Translations under genes and position numbers: made by a program
NCBI GenBank assembly: GCA_032249235.1
Contig: JAVVGF010000002.1
Span: forward strand, 159,475-223,474
Length of the DNA: 64,000 nucleotides
Reading direction: 5' to 3'
From: Thermoproteota archaeon
GTDB lineage: Archaea; Thermoproteota; Thermoprotei; Gearchaeales; Gearchaeaceae
The notes under the pieces: generated by a model
Database searches by the model: none
The model's input: only the letters and a program-made list of their open reading frames with translations
Told to the model about the DNA's origin: nothing
Shown: positions 20,979 to 30,320 of the stretch, piece after piece
Position numbering within the stretch: the first letter of the stretch is position 1
Layout: every line of letters starts with the position of its first letter

Positions 20979-21275
20979 ATGTCTTTAAAATATGCTTATA
21001 TATTGATTGGTGTCCTCATTGCAAGCGCAACATTGAATCTAGTAAATGCACAAGGACTTTCTACTGGAGAAGGTTTGAAGCTCGTAGCTGCAGGATTGGC
21101 TTTCGGTCTTGCAGCAGTTGGAGCAGGCTTAGCAATAGGTTATTCAGGTGCAGCTTCTATTGCAGTGGTTGCTGAAAAACCAGGCATGAGAGCTTGGAGT
21201 TTCATAATATTAGGTTTGTCTGAGGCGCTAGCAATTTATGGTTTAGTTATAGCGTTCTTGCTTATATTTACTTAA
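20979..21275 (+). CDS. atpK: A/V-type ATP synthase proteolipid subunit K (c), single hairpin with N-terminal presequence
   Basis: AAGLAFGLAAVGAGLAIG...LGLSEALAIYG with the conserved Glu. Confidence 0.95.
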   Translation: MSLKYAYILIGVLIASATLNLVNAQGLSTGEGLKLVAAGLAFGLAAVGAGLAIGYSGAASIAVVAEKPGMRAWSFIILGLSEALAIYGLVIAFLLIFT

Positions 21276-21287
21276 ATAAAAGAAATT

Positions 21288-21431
21288 TTATTTGATACCT
21301 TTTCTGAAATAAGCTCCGCATTTTGTACATTTAAACAATCCTATTGTTTGTGATTTCTTACCTTTAGGAGCGAGAGTCCATGTTTTTATTGGATTTTCTA
21401 CATCATTACCGCATTTAGGGCAGGTCACCAT
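21288..21431 (-). CDS. cren7: chromatin protein Cren7, zinc-ribbon (CxxC...CxxC) variant
   Basis: Not in the ORF track. [47 protein letters not shown]; matches the Cren7 signature K-x-W-x-LAPKG-(R/K)K...IGLF...G-x-YFR. Confidence 0.88.
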   Translation of the reverse strand: MVTCPKCGNDVENPIKTWTLAPKGKKSQTIGLFKCTKCGAYFRKGIK

Positions 21432-21501
21432 CGCATTGTTTAATCTTTCATCATCATATAAATTTAATGCTGTTTAAATGTCTATTCTCGATTAATTTGT
21501 T

Positions 21502-23001
21502 ATGATTACTGCTAAAGAGATGAGAATTATTGAAGATAATGTAGAAGAGTTGGGTTTGAATAGGAGATTATTAATGGAAAATGCAGGCTCTGCGATAGCT
21601 GACTTTCTAAAATCAAAAGGTATTATCGAGAATGTTGTATTGGTAGCGGGAACAGGTAATAAAGCAGGCGATGGATTCGTAGCATTAAGACATATTCTTG
21701 CATATGGCGGAAGTTGCAAGATAATATTATTGGAAAAAGAAGAAAATATAAAAACGCAAGAAGCAAGAGAAAACTTCGAATTCTTAAAGAAAATGCCAAG
21801 TGTAAAAATTTACTACTCTGAGAATTTATCAGATATCGATATTGCAAATATCTTGAAAAATGCAAATGTTGTGATTGATGGTTTAATAGGAACAGGCTTA
21901 AAAGGGAAACCTTCTCAAAAAATATCAAGACTTATAAAGTTAATAAATGAAAGTAATCGTTTTGTGTTAGCAATAGATATACCTACTGGAATCGATCCTG
22001 ATACAGGTGATAATTATGGTGAGTATGTTAGGGCAAACGTAGTAATTACTATGCACAAAATAAAGAAGGGGCTACTGAGATACTTGAAAGAATTTGAAAT
22101 CATCGAAGCAAACATAGGAATACCGCGAGAACTTGAGATGTTTGCAGGAATAGGTGATGTAAAAGCCTTATTCAGCGTAAAATCACCGTATTCTAAAAAA
22201 GGAGATAGTGGAAGAATTCTAATAATAGGAGGCTCAAATATATATCACGGAGCCCCTATTCTTGCAGGTTTAGCTGCTTTAAGAAGCGGAGTAGATTTAG
22301 TATATTTATACTTGCCTGAAAAAATTGCCTCGATTGCTAGAAGTATGGCGCCTGAATTCATCGTAATACCTTACAAAGAAGAAGAATTCAACGAGAAATC
22401 TGCAAAAGAGATTATAGAATTCATTGAAAAAGTCGATGCTGTTCTAATAGGTAATGGTCTTGGTTTAGGGCACGATGATGCTGTAGAAATAATATTTAAT
22501 GCTGTTGAAGAAAAAAAGAAATTTTTGATAGCTGATGCTGATGCTTTAAAAACAAATGCAGTCAAAAAAGCAAGAAAAATTAAAGTAGTTTATACACCTC
22601 ATGCTGGAGAATTTAAAGCTATTACTGGAATTGAATTGCCTCCTTATGAAGAAATGAATAAGAGAATTGAAATAATAAAAGAGGCTAGCAAAAAGTTAGG
22701 AGTTATTTTCCTCGTGAAGGGTCATTATGACGTAATATCAGACGGTGAAAAAGTTAAAATTTGCAGAGGAGGAACGCAAGCTATGACTGTTGGAGGAACG
22801 GGCGATGTGCTTGCAGGTCTTTGCACTGGTTTAATTGCTAGAACAAAATTTGCTTTCGAAGCTTCAATTGCGGCCTCATATATAAATAAAAAAGCTGGCG
22901 AACTCGCTACAAGGGAATATGGTAATCAAATAAAAGCCACAGATTTAATTGAGTTTATACCAAAAATAATTAAAAATCTTGATCCTACTTATCAAATTTA
23001 A
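21502..23001 (+). CDS. nnr: bifunctional NAD(P)H-hydrate epimerase/dehydratase
   Basis: LMENAG, GTGNKAGDG, AIDIPTG; KGDSG, DADAL, TPHAGEF, GGTGDVLAG. Confidence 0.95.
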   Translation: MITAKEMRIIEDNVEELGLNRRLLMENAGSAIADFLKSKGIIENVVLVAGTGNKAGDGFVALRHILAYGGSCKIILLEKEENIKTQEARENFEFLKKMPSVKIYYSENLSDIDIANILKNANVVIDGLIGTGLKGKPSQKISRLIKLINESNRFVLAIDIPTGIDPDTGDNYGEYVRANVVITMHKIKKGLLRYLKEFEIIEANIGIPRELEMFAGIGDVKALFSVKSPYSKKGDSGRILIIGGSNIYHGAPILAGLAALRSGVDLVYLYLPEKIASIARSMAPEFIVIPYKEEEFNEKSAKEIIEFIEKVDAVLIGNGLGLGHDDAVEIIFNAVEEKKKFLIADADALKTNAVKKARKIKVVYTPHAGEFKAITGIELPPYEEMNKRIEIIKEASKKLGVIFLVKGHYDVISDGEKVKICRGGTQAMTVGGTGDVLAGLCTGLIARTKFAFEASIAASYINKKAGELATREYGNQIKATDLIEFIPKIIKNLDPTYQI

Positions 23002-23037
23002 CGATAAATTTAAAAATAAAATTTCTTATAATTCATA

Positions 23038-23268
23038 ATGCCTCACTGGAAGATGAATCGGAGGGGTTATCCTCTCCATGAGGATATAAAGCAAGCAATT
23101 AGGGAGGCTCTAACAAAAGGCGACTATCCTCCTTTTAAATTATGTGAAGAAGTCGCTGCTATACTAAAAAGAAAGGGTTTTTATACAGGGCATATAAACG
23201 TCAAAAAAGTTTGGAAATTATATCTAGAAGTCCAAAAAGAGAACTTAACCTTTAACCAGCCTGTCTAG
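23038..23268 (+). CDS. small hypothetical protein
   Basis: YPLHEDIKQAI...GFYTGHINVKKVWKLY; fills the intergenic space with a TATA-like element upstream. Confidence 0.6.
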   Translation: MPHWKMNRRGYPLHEDIKQAIREALTKGDYPPFKLCEEVAAILKRKGFYTGHINVKKVWKLYLEVQKENLTFNQPV

Positions 23269-24444
23269 TTGGTTCAAGACATATTTTTTAATTTCTTTCT
23301 CATTCTTTAATTCCCTTACCAATTTTCCTTTCTCTATATATTTTTTCAATAAAGGTTCGACTTCTCCTCCGCAATATTTACATTTTTCAGGAGGAGCTTC
23401 GTAAAATAGTTTTATTTCGTCTTTGAAACATTGCTTGCAACGATATACTTGCTTTCTACCTGGAAGCTTAGCTCTCTTTGAATATGGCTTACCTTCTTTT
23501 TCGACGATATCAAAAGCTAAATCTATTGACGGAGGAAAAGCTATTGAAGTTCCTACGCCATAGATGTCGACCAAATCCCTTGTCAGTAGGATAGTATCTT
23601 CATCAACACCGCTGCTAAGGATTATTTTTGCATCTTTTAACCCGTTAATATCTAAAATCCATCTTACCTCTTGTAAAAGTTTTCTTATATCTCCTCTTCT
23701 TGAGCTAGGCGTATCTAATCTCACACCTGCAAGCTTTGAACCTAATGTTTTAGCAGCTAACCAAACTTCTGTTCTTTCATCATACATTGTGTCGCATAGC
23801 AGATATCTAGGAACATCATTTGGCATCACTTCATCAAATGCTAACCAAGCATCTTCTACTTTATCAAATATCAATGTTAACTCATGTGGCATTGTGCCAA
23901 CTGGTTGTTCTTTTAATAACTCAGCTCCAAGAACACCTGATACTGCATCACAACCTCCTATATATGCCGCTCTATCTGCTAAAGGTGCTAAAGCAGGATG
24001 CAAAGATCTAATACCGAAGAAAATTACTTTTTTATCTCCTGCTGCTAGTTTTATTCTGGCAGCTTTAGTAGCGATGCTAACGTAATGTCTAAATATTCCA
24101 TCAATAACAGGCTCATAGATACCAAATTCTTTATATGGACCAGAAATACTGAAAACAGGTTCATATAACCTGAAAATAGTACCCTCATCCATTGCATAAA
24201 CATCAACATCTTTCCCGATGAAAATATTCAGTACTTCTGGAAGACCACAAAAAACTGCCCATTCATAATTTTTTGGAAAATTATAAGAATGAACATCCAT
24301 CGTGACGTTTGTATCAAGTTTTCCTTTTTTCTCTAAAATTTTGTATGTCCTTACATAATATATGTCGGTTACCTTTCCTGATAGTATCTCTTCTTCTTTT
24401 GCTATGAAGAACCTTCTATCCATTAATATTTTTTGTGAAATCAT
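23245..24444 (-). CDS. pncB: nicotinate phosphoribosyltransferase with C-terminal zinc ribbon
   Basis: TDIYY, FFGIR, GTMPHE, GVRLDTPSSRRG, YGVGTSI; CKQC...CKYC. Confidence 0.92.
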   Translation of the reverse strand: MISQKILMDRRFFIAKEEEILSGKVTDIYYVRTYKILEKKGKLDTNVTMDVHSYNFPKNYEWAVFCGLPEVLNIFIGKDVDVYAMDEGTIFRLYEPVFSISGPYKEFGIYEPVIDGIFRHYVSIATKAARIKLAAGDKKVIFFGIRSLHPALAPLADRAAYIGGCDAVSGVLGAELLKEQPVGTMPHELTLIFDKVEDAWLAFDEVMPNDVPRYLLCDTMYDERTEVWLAAKTLGSKLAGVRLDTPSSRRGDIRKLLQEVRWILDINGLKDAKIILSSGVDEDTILLTRDLVDIYGVGTSIAFPPSIDLAFDIVEKEGKPYSKRAKLPGRKQVYRCKQCFKDEIKLFYEAPPEKCKYCGGEVEPLLKKYIEKGKLVRELKNEKEIKKYVLNQLDRLVKG

Positions 24445-24453
24445 GCATAAAAA

Positions 24454-25671
24454 TCATAAGAAACGTTTTAAGAGAAACTGTTCAATATCATGCTTACCTC
24501 TTTCAATTAAATCTAAAATTAATTTTGAAGAATAAGGAGCAAGACAAACACCTATTCTACAATGCCCTACACAAACTAAGAGATTTTCTTTCAGCTTATC
24601 AATGATAGGCATTAAATCAGGTGTACAAGGCCTTGAACCAACCCATTTATCAATGATCCCGAAACCTTTTGCAGAGGGAAAATATTTTATGAGTGTCTTT
24701 TCAAGAAAATCATAGCATTTCCGCATTGGTTCATCATTAACATCTGCAAGTTCTAAAAATCCCGTAGCTTTTAAATTTCCTTCGTAAGTATTAGCAAAAG
24801 ATATACGGTGATCGCCTCCCAAAACATGATGTTCCAATTTTAACTTCGAATTAGTTATTATTGCATAACCTCTACCTGCTATGATGGGTAGGCGAATCTT
24901 AAGCGATTTATAAATATCCCTATAAGCCCCTGTTGCAATGACATATATATCTGCTTTAATTTTACTTTTATTTGTAATTAGATAATCAATATAATTTCCA
25001 CTGAGCTCGAAATATTCAGCTTTTTCATTTATAAAAGATACATTTAACTTCTTCAACAGTTCTGTAAAATTTTTCATAAGCAATCTAGGATCTAAACTAT
25101 ATTCTTCATAATAATAAATACCGCCACACACATTTTGGTTTAGGCTTTTTTCTAATTCCAATATTTCTTTTTCTGAAAGGATAATATATTTATTAAATTC
25201 TGGATATTTTTTTATAAAAGCAATTCTTTTATCAAATTTCAATTTATCTAGAAATACTTCTAGTAGTCCATCTTTTTTAAAATTTATGAATATTTTATTT
25301 GACAGATTCTCATACCAGCTTATAGCTTCTGAAATCATATCATAGATTAATTTCATATTTTGCAACTCTGCAGCTTTCTTGCTTTCTTTAATAAATCTCA
25401 ATACCCAGCGAGCATTTTTAAATAAAGATTTGAACGATATCCTTATACCTGAATGTTCTATAAAAATCCATTTAAGAATATCTCTTAAATTGCCTATAGA
25501 AGGTGAAAGAGCACTAAAAGTTGGAGAAATCAATCCTGCATTATTCCATGAAGCCGCTTTATAGAAAGGATTTTCATCTATTATTTTAACTTCGTATCCT
25601 TCTTCTACCAATCTGTAAGCAATGGAAAGTCCAATTACGCCGCGTCCTATTATAGCTACTTCTTCTTTCAT
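24454..25671 (-). CDS. FAD-dependent D-amino acid dehydrogenase/oxidase (DadA/DAO family)
   Basis: GRGVIG, ASWNNAG, GRGY, WVGSRPCTPDLMPII, GH. Confidence 0.88.
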   Translation of the reverse strand: MKEEVAIIGRGVIGLSIAYRLVEEGYEVKIIDENPFYKAASWNNAGLISPTFSALSPSIGNLRDILKWIFIEHSGIRISFKSLFKNARWVLRFIKESKKAAELQNMKLIYDMISEAISWYENLSNKIFINFKKDGLLEVFLDKLKFDKRIAFIKKYPEFNKYIILSEKEILELEKSLNQNVCGGIYYYEEYSLDPRLLMKNFTELLKKLNVSFINEKAEYFELSGNYIDYLITNKSKIKADIYVIATGAYRDIYKSLKIRLPIIAGRGYAIITNSKLKLEHHVLGGDHRISFANTYEGNLKATGFLELADVNDEPMRKCYDFLEKTLIKYFPSAKGFGIIDKWVGSRPCTPDLMPIIDKLKENLLVCVGHCRIGVCLAPYSSKLILDLIERGKHDIEQFLLKRFL

Positions 25672-25742
25672 CTTGTTTAATTACGCTCAAGGATTAGATT
25701 AAGGAAACGATGAATTTTAGATAATAATGATATGTATTTATT

Positions 25743-26945
25743 ATGGAATTTGAATTAAGTGAAGAAGAAAGGATATTCCAAGAAACTGCTAGCGAATTCT
25801 TAAAAAAAGAATTGAGACCTATTGCTCGAAAAATAGATGAAGAGAAAAGGATACCTAAAGATTTCATAAAGAAATTTGCCTCGCAAGGGTACTTGGGTTT
25901 ATTAAATTCTCCGAAATATAGCGGAGCAGGAGCTAACATGAAGATGGCTACAATTCTTGCTGAAGAAATTGGTAAAAACGACATAAGTTTAGCTACAGCA
26001 GTTTTTTATTTACTGAATACAGCATGGAGCTATATACTTGAAAAGTATGGAAAAGAAGAAGTTGTTCAAGAAGTCATACCTAGGTTAGTTAAAGGTGAAG
26101 CATTTGTAGGAATATGTTCTACAGAACCGAGTGGAGGATCTGATGTTGCTTCAATAAGTACCTTGGCAAAGAAGAATGGGAATAATTACTATATCGAAGG
26201 AGAAAAGATATACATAAGTGAAGTTAGGGAGATATTAGAAAACGATGGAGGATTATTAACTCTGGCTAAAACTAAACCAGAATTAAGACATAAAGGAATA
26301 AGCATGTTCTTTCTCCCTTTGAAAAAATTAGACAACATCGAAGTGAGCTATCTAGAAAATATGGGAAGAATGGGAATATCTACTTCAATAATAAGATTCA
26401 AAGGTTCATCTGTAGATGAAAAGTATCTAATTGGTGAGGAGAATAAGGGTTTTTATTATGCAATGGAGGGATTCGTCACTGCTAGAATATTAGTCGCTGC
26501 ATCATGCATTGGAGCAGCTGAAGCTGTATTGGAAAGAGGGATTGAATATACAAAAAACAGAAAAGCTTTCGGTATTACTTTAGCAAAATATGAAGGAATC
26601 CAATTCCCAATGGTTGATTTGTATTCTAGAATAGAAGCAGTTAAACTATTGATTTACAAAGCTGCTTGGCTTTATGATGAAATGAGAAAGGGAAAAGCAA
26701 GCTATAAAGAAGTAACGAAATATTCAGCAATGAGTAAGCTTCTTGCTCCAAAATTAGCGATCGAGACCATTGAAGAAGTAATGACATGGTTAGGAGGTTA
26801 TGGATACACTAAAGAAGCCGAAATCGAAATGGCGTTAAGAGGTGTAATCTCCTATTACGTAGGAGCAGAGGGAGCGGCAAATATTATGAGAATAATAATC
26901 GGAAGAGAAATATTAGGAAAAGAATTCGTGCCTTACAAGGAATAA
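25743..26945 (+). CDS. acyl-CoA dehydrogenase
   Basis: STEPSGGSDVA, GEKIYIS, LIGEENKGF, RKAFG, GGYGYT, AEGA. Confidence 0.95.
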   Translation: MEFELSEEERIFQETASEFLKKELRPIARKIDEEKRIPKDFIKKFASQGYLGLLNSPKYSGAGANMKMATILAEEIGKNDISLATAVFYLLNTAWSYILEKYGKEEVVQEVIPRLVKGEAFVGICSTEPSGGSDVASISTLAKKNGNNYYIEGEKIYISEVREILENDGGLLTLAKTKPELRHKGISMFFLPLKKLDNIEVSYLENMGRMGISTSIIRFKGSSVDEKYLIGEENKGFYYAMEGFVTARILVAASCIGAAEAVLERGIEYTKNRKAFGITLAKYEGIQFPMVDLYSRIEAVKLLIYKAAWLYDEMRKGKASYKEVTKYSAMSKLLAPKLAIETIEEVMTWLGGYGYTKEAEIEMALRGVISYYVGAEGAANIMRIIIGREILGKEFVPYKE

Positions 26946-27890
26946 TTAGCGTTTAATTCTCTTTTTTAGTTTTTTGATAAGTTTCTCTATTAGCTTGTGA
27001 ATATCTACTACTGCATAATAGTCGCTGAAATTAAAGATAGGACTTTCAGGATCTTCATTCAAAGAAATAATCATTGATGAATTTATTATGCCCCCTATAT
27101 GATCTAGATCTCCCTTAACGCCTATCGATAAGCAAAGCTTAGGCGAGATTCTTAAATTTGATACGCCAATCCATTCTTTAAACCAATTCCTAGCGAAACC
27201 TGTTTTATCCGCGATTACGCGGGCACCGATTAAATTAGCGAGATCATTTATTCCCTTAAGCTCTTTTTCTTCATGAATATTCTCTCCAATGCAAATTATG
27301 TAGTTTGATTTCAACAATTCATTATATCTTTCAGATAATTTTGTTTTGTCTCTAACGATAACTCTAGAAACTGCAATAGGAATCTTAATTTCTTCAATTT
27401 GAGCTTGTGAATTTCTTTCAATCTCTCCTTCTTCAAGCTCATACAATTCAACAATTGCTGGAAGAACAGTTTCGAGCTCTAAAACAGCTATACCACTTTG
27501 ATATATTTTATTAGCGATTAGTTTATTTCCTTCAATCTTGAAATCGAGGCAATTTATTAGAGCAGGAATATTCAATCTTGCAGAAAGTCTTGCAGCAACT
27601 TCTTTATCTTCTAAGGATTCACCGAATACTATTAAGTCAAATTTATATTTTTTATAACATTCAGAAATTGCACTTGTAAATGCCTCTAAATCATAATTTA
27701 TTAAATTTATATTAGTAACCAAGATTAATTTATTAACTGGTGCAAGCTTAAAGCTTTCTATTATATCATCTTTATAAAAATATTTGAAAAGTATAAGAAA
27801 TATTTCATCATCTTTTTTCTTTAATTTATTTATTTTTACCAATAATCTATTTAATGATGCTATATCTTTAGAAAAGCAAGCGATCTTCAT
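26946..27890 (-). CDS. etfA: electron transfer flavoprotein alpha subunit (divergent)
   Basis: EVAARLSARL, PKLCLSIGVKG...HIGG, INSSMIISLNEDPESPIF. Confidence 0.82.
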   Translation of the reverse strand: MKIACFSKDIASLNRLLVKINKLKKKDDEIFLILFKYFYKDDIIESFKLAPVNKLILVTNINLINYDLEAFTSAISECYKKYKFDLIVFGESLEDKEVAARLSARLNIPALINCLDFKIEGNKLIANKIYQSGIAVLELETVLPAIVELYELEEGEIERNSQAQIEEIKIPIAVSRVIVRDKTKLSERYNELLKSNYIICIGENIHEEKELKGINDLANLIGARVIADKTGFARNWFKEWIGVSNLRISPKLCLSIGVKGDLDHIGGIINSSMIISLNEDPESPIFNFSDYYAVVDIHKLIEKLIKKLKKRIKR

Positions 27891-28600
27891 TTTAAATTGT
27901 TAATTATTAAATCACATAATTTATCTGCTAAATCATCATATGAATTATATTCAATAAGTTTAGGCTTTCGTTGATTTAAAACTTTCACACTTAGAGTCTT
28001 CGTTTTGTTGGTTATAGCCTTGATTCCAAGAAAATTTGCATCCCAAATCTTTACTTCCTTAGGCTTAAAATCCCGAATAGGCCTAGCATTATAAGCTAGC
28101 GCATCTAACATGCTAACCACAAGCGGCATACGAGCTTCTTTAACATATAAATCACCATAATAAACGCATTCACAAACTATTCTGCTATCTTCAGACCATG
28201 CTTTGATTGCTCTAGAAATATGGGGTAAATTAAGCTTTTCTGCTATCAAATAAGGCAAAATCCAATCACTTGTATCTTGAGAAAATTCACCGAACATTAA
28301 GACATCAAAAGGTTTTGATTTCCTTATAGCAGCTAATAAAACTTCAGACTTTGCAAATACATCTATATTTGAAAATAATGGGTCGGTAATTAAATAGGCT
28401 TCAGTGGCTCCATACAATTCATTTAAATAAGGAATAAATTGTTTATCTCCTATCGAAAATACCACTACATCCCCTCCTCTAAGTTTTATAATCTTAGAGG
28501 CCTCAGCTAAAGCGACTTTTTCTGAAGCGTTTATGCTAAATCTGTATGCTTGATTTAATTCGCCAATCGCAATAGGTTTTACAAATACTGCAATTCTCAT
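27887..28600 (-). CDS. etfB: electron transfer flavoprotein beta subunit (divergent)
   Basis: IAVFVKP, ALAEA, GATEAYLITD, GEFSQD, IAEKLNLP. Confidence 0.82.
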   Translation of the reverse strand: MRIAVFVKPIAIGELNQAYRFSINASEKVALAEASKIIKLRGGDVVVFSIGDKQFIPYLNELYGATEAYLITDPLFSNIDVFAKSEVLLAAIRKSKPFDVLMFGEFSQDTSDWILPYLIAEKLNLPHISRAIKAWSEDSRIVCECVYYGDLYVKEARMPLVVSMLDALAYNARPIRDFKPKEVKIWDANFLGIKAITNKTKTLSVKVLNQRKPKLIEYNSYDDLADKLCDLIINNLK

Positions 28601-28648
28601 TATTCAATAGAATAAGTCAAGTTTTTTAAATTTAGCATTCAAAATTGA

Positions 28649-29497
28649 TTGGTGAACTACGATTATTTAATACCTCTAGTGAAAAGATGGGTTGCAGGTA
28701 AAACTTTAGATGAAGCTTTGATCGTTGCAAGACAAGCAAATATGAAAGGCTATTATGTCGTTTTAAATTATCTAGGTGAAGAGATCACAGATGAAAAGCA
28801 AATCAGGCATACCGTCCTCGAATATAAAAAAATAATAGATGTAATAAGAAGGGAAAAAATAAATGCTGCCATAGCTTTGAAATTAACTCAATTGGGATTA
28901 TCATTAAATGAAAGTCTATGTGAAGATAATTTAAATGAAATAGTCAAGTATGCTAAAAATAACAAGCTTACTGTTTGGATAGATATGGAAAACTCTAAAT
29001 ATACAGATAAAACAATAAAGATCTACTTGGAATTTTTGAAAGAATACGATGAAATCGGTGTAGCAATACAGGCATATCTGAAAAGAGGTTTTGAACTTGC
29101 GAAATTAGTAGCAGCAAATGATGGAATGATAAGATTAGTAAAAGGAGCCTATAAGGAACCTAGTTCAATAGTTTATACTTCGAAAGAGGAAATTAACAGA
29201 AACTTTAATGAAATAATGCAATACTTATTCGAAAAAAGGATAAGATTGGAATTAGGGACTCATGATGAAAAACTTGTTTACAATGCTATAAAGCTCATTC
29301 TCAAAACAAAGCATAATATAGAATTCGCTTTTTTAAGAGGGATAAGGAACGATTTAAAGAGCTGGTTAGTGAAAGAAGGATTCAAAGTTGTAGAATATAT
29401 TCCTTACGGGCCTTCTTGGAAAGATTATGTATATCGAAGAATAAGAGAGAAAAGATCCAATATTTTATTGGCTCTTACTTCTATATTTACCAAGTAA
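28649..29497 (+). CDS. monofunctional proline dehydrogenase
   Basis: RWVAG, LGE, ALKLTQLG, WIDME, QAYLKR, RLVKGAYKE, GTHD, YIPYG, YRRIRE. Confidence 0.93.
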   Translation: MVNYDYLIPLVKRWVAGKTLDEALIVARQANMKGYYVVLNYLGEEITDEKQIRHTVLEYKKIIDVIRREKINAAIALKLTQLGLSLNESLCEDNLNEIVKYAKNNKLTVWIDMENSKYTDKTIKIYLEFLKEYDEIGVAIQAYLKRGFELAKLVAANDGMIRLVKGAYKEPSSIVYTSKEEINRNFNEIMQYLFEKRIRLELGTHDEKLVYNAIKLILKTKHNIEFAFLRGIRNDLKSWLVKEGFKVVEYIPYGPSWKDYVYRRIREKRSNILLALTSIFTK

Positions 29498-29980
29498 TCT
29501 TTTACAGGAATTGCAGTATCTATAAGATTTTCTATCAGTATCCTCAATTGAATTGCTGAAATACATTACACATGATTTATTTTTACAATGACTTAATCCT
29601 AGCATATGACCTAATTCATGCATAACTTCTTTTTTTAATCTTTCTTGAAATAGAACAGGATCATCTTCTAAGCCATAAAAACTTTGCTTTAGTCTAGCTG
29701 TCGAAACTATTCCTTTGTTTGTATATGCAACACCAAAACAATAGTTAAAAGCTGGCACGAATATGTCTTCATCAATAATTAAAAGATAATAATCATTTCC
29801 AGATTCACCGAATAAATCAAAGAGTTTTAAGGCGTTATACTGATTTCTCTCCTTATTGAAGGCTGGCTTCAAGTCAAGCTTTATTTTATCAAATAGAATT
29901 TCTACATCACCGATTTCTTCTTTTATGATTTCTTTTAATTCTTCATATATCATGTTTGTTGAATAAATGTGTATCCTCAT
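29465..29980 (-). CDS. amzA: archaemetzincin zinc metalloprotease
   Basis: HELGHMLGLSHC...CVMYFSNS...DRKS...CNSC. Confidence 0.93.
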   Translation of the reverse strand: MRIHIYSTNMIYEELKEIIKEEIGDVEILFDKIKLDLKPAFNKERNQYNALKLFDLFGESGNDYYLLIIDEDIFVPAFNYCFGVAYTNKGIVSTARLKQSFYGLEDDPVLFQERLKKEVMHELGHMLGLSHCKNKSCVMYFSNSIEDTDRKSYRYCNSCKRLLGKYRSKSQ

Positions 29981-30300
29981 GGCATCCAGTTGCTTTCTTT
30001 AACTACATAATCTTTTATTTCATTAACCTTCATAAATAACCAATTGCCATTATAAATCGCTAGGACGGCTTCTCTTTGCTTATATGCATCAAACAAGTCA
30101 AGCCATTCAAATAATCTTTTGACTTGAACGCTTTTCACTTTATTCTTTTTATACTTAACCTCAAATATTGCAATTCTATCAGCCTTGGTAGCTATTACAT
30201 CAATAACGCTTGCAGGAACCCTTTTACTTTTCCAACCTTTTTGTTTCAAATATTCTACTAGCTTTCTCTCATATCTTTTTCCTTTAGATCTAGCTGACAT
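29977..30300 (-). CDS. hjc: archaeal Holliday junction resolvase (Hjc family)
   Basis: KGKRYERKL, GW, RVPAS, DVIA, FEVK PD-(D/E)xK motifs. Confidence 0.8.
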   Translation of the reverse strand: MSARSKGKRYERKLVEYLKQKGWKSKRVPASVIDVIATKADRIAIFEVKYKKNKVKSVQVKRLFEWLDLFDAYKQREAVLAIYNGNWLFMKVNEIKDYVVKESNWMP

Positions 30301-30320
30301 TTAAATGACAAGATATAATT

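Noticed and set aside
21395-21460. C/D-box-like words (ATGATGA...TGGTGA...ATGA) on the minus strand
   Set aside because: D and D' boxes are poor, and the stretch is explained by the cren7 5' region and coding sequence.
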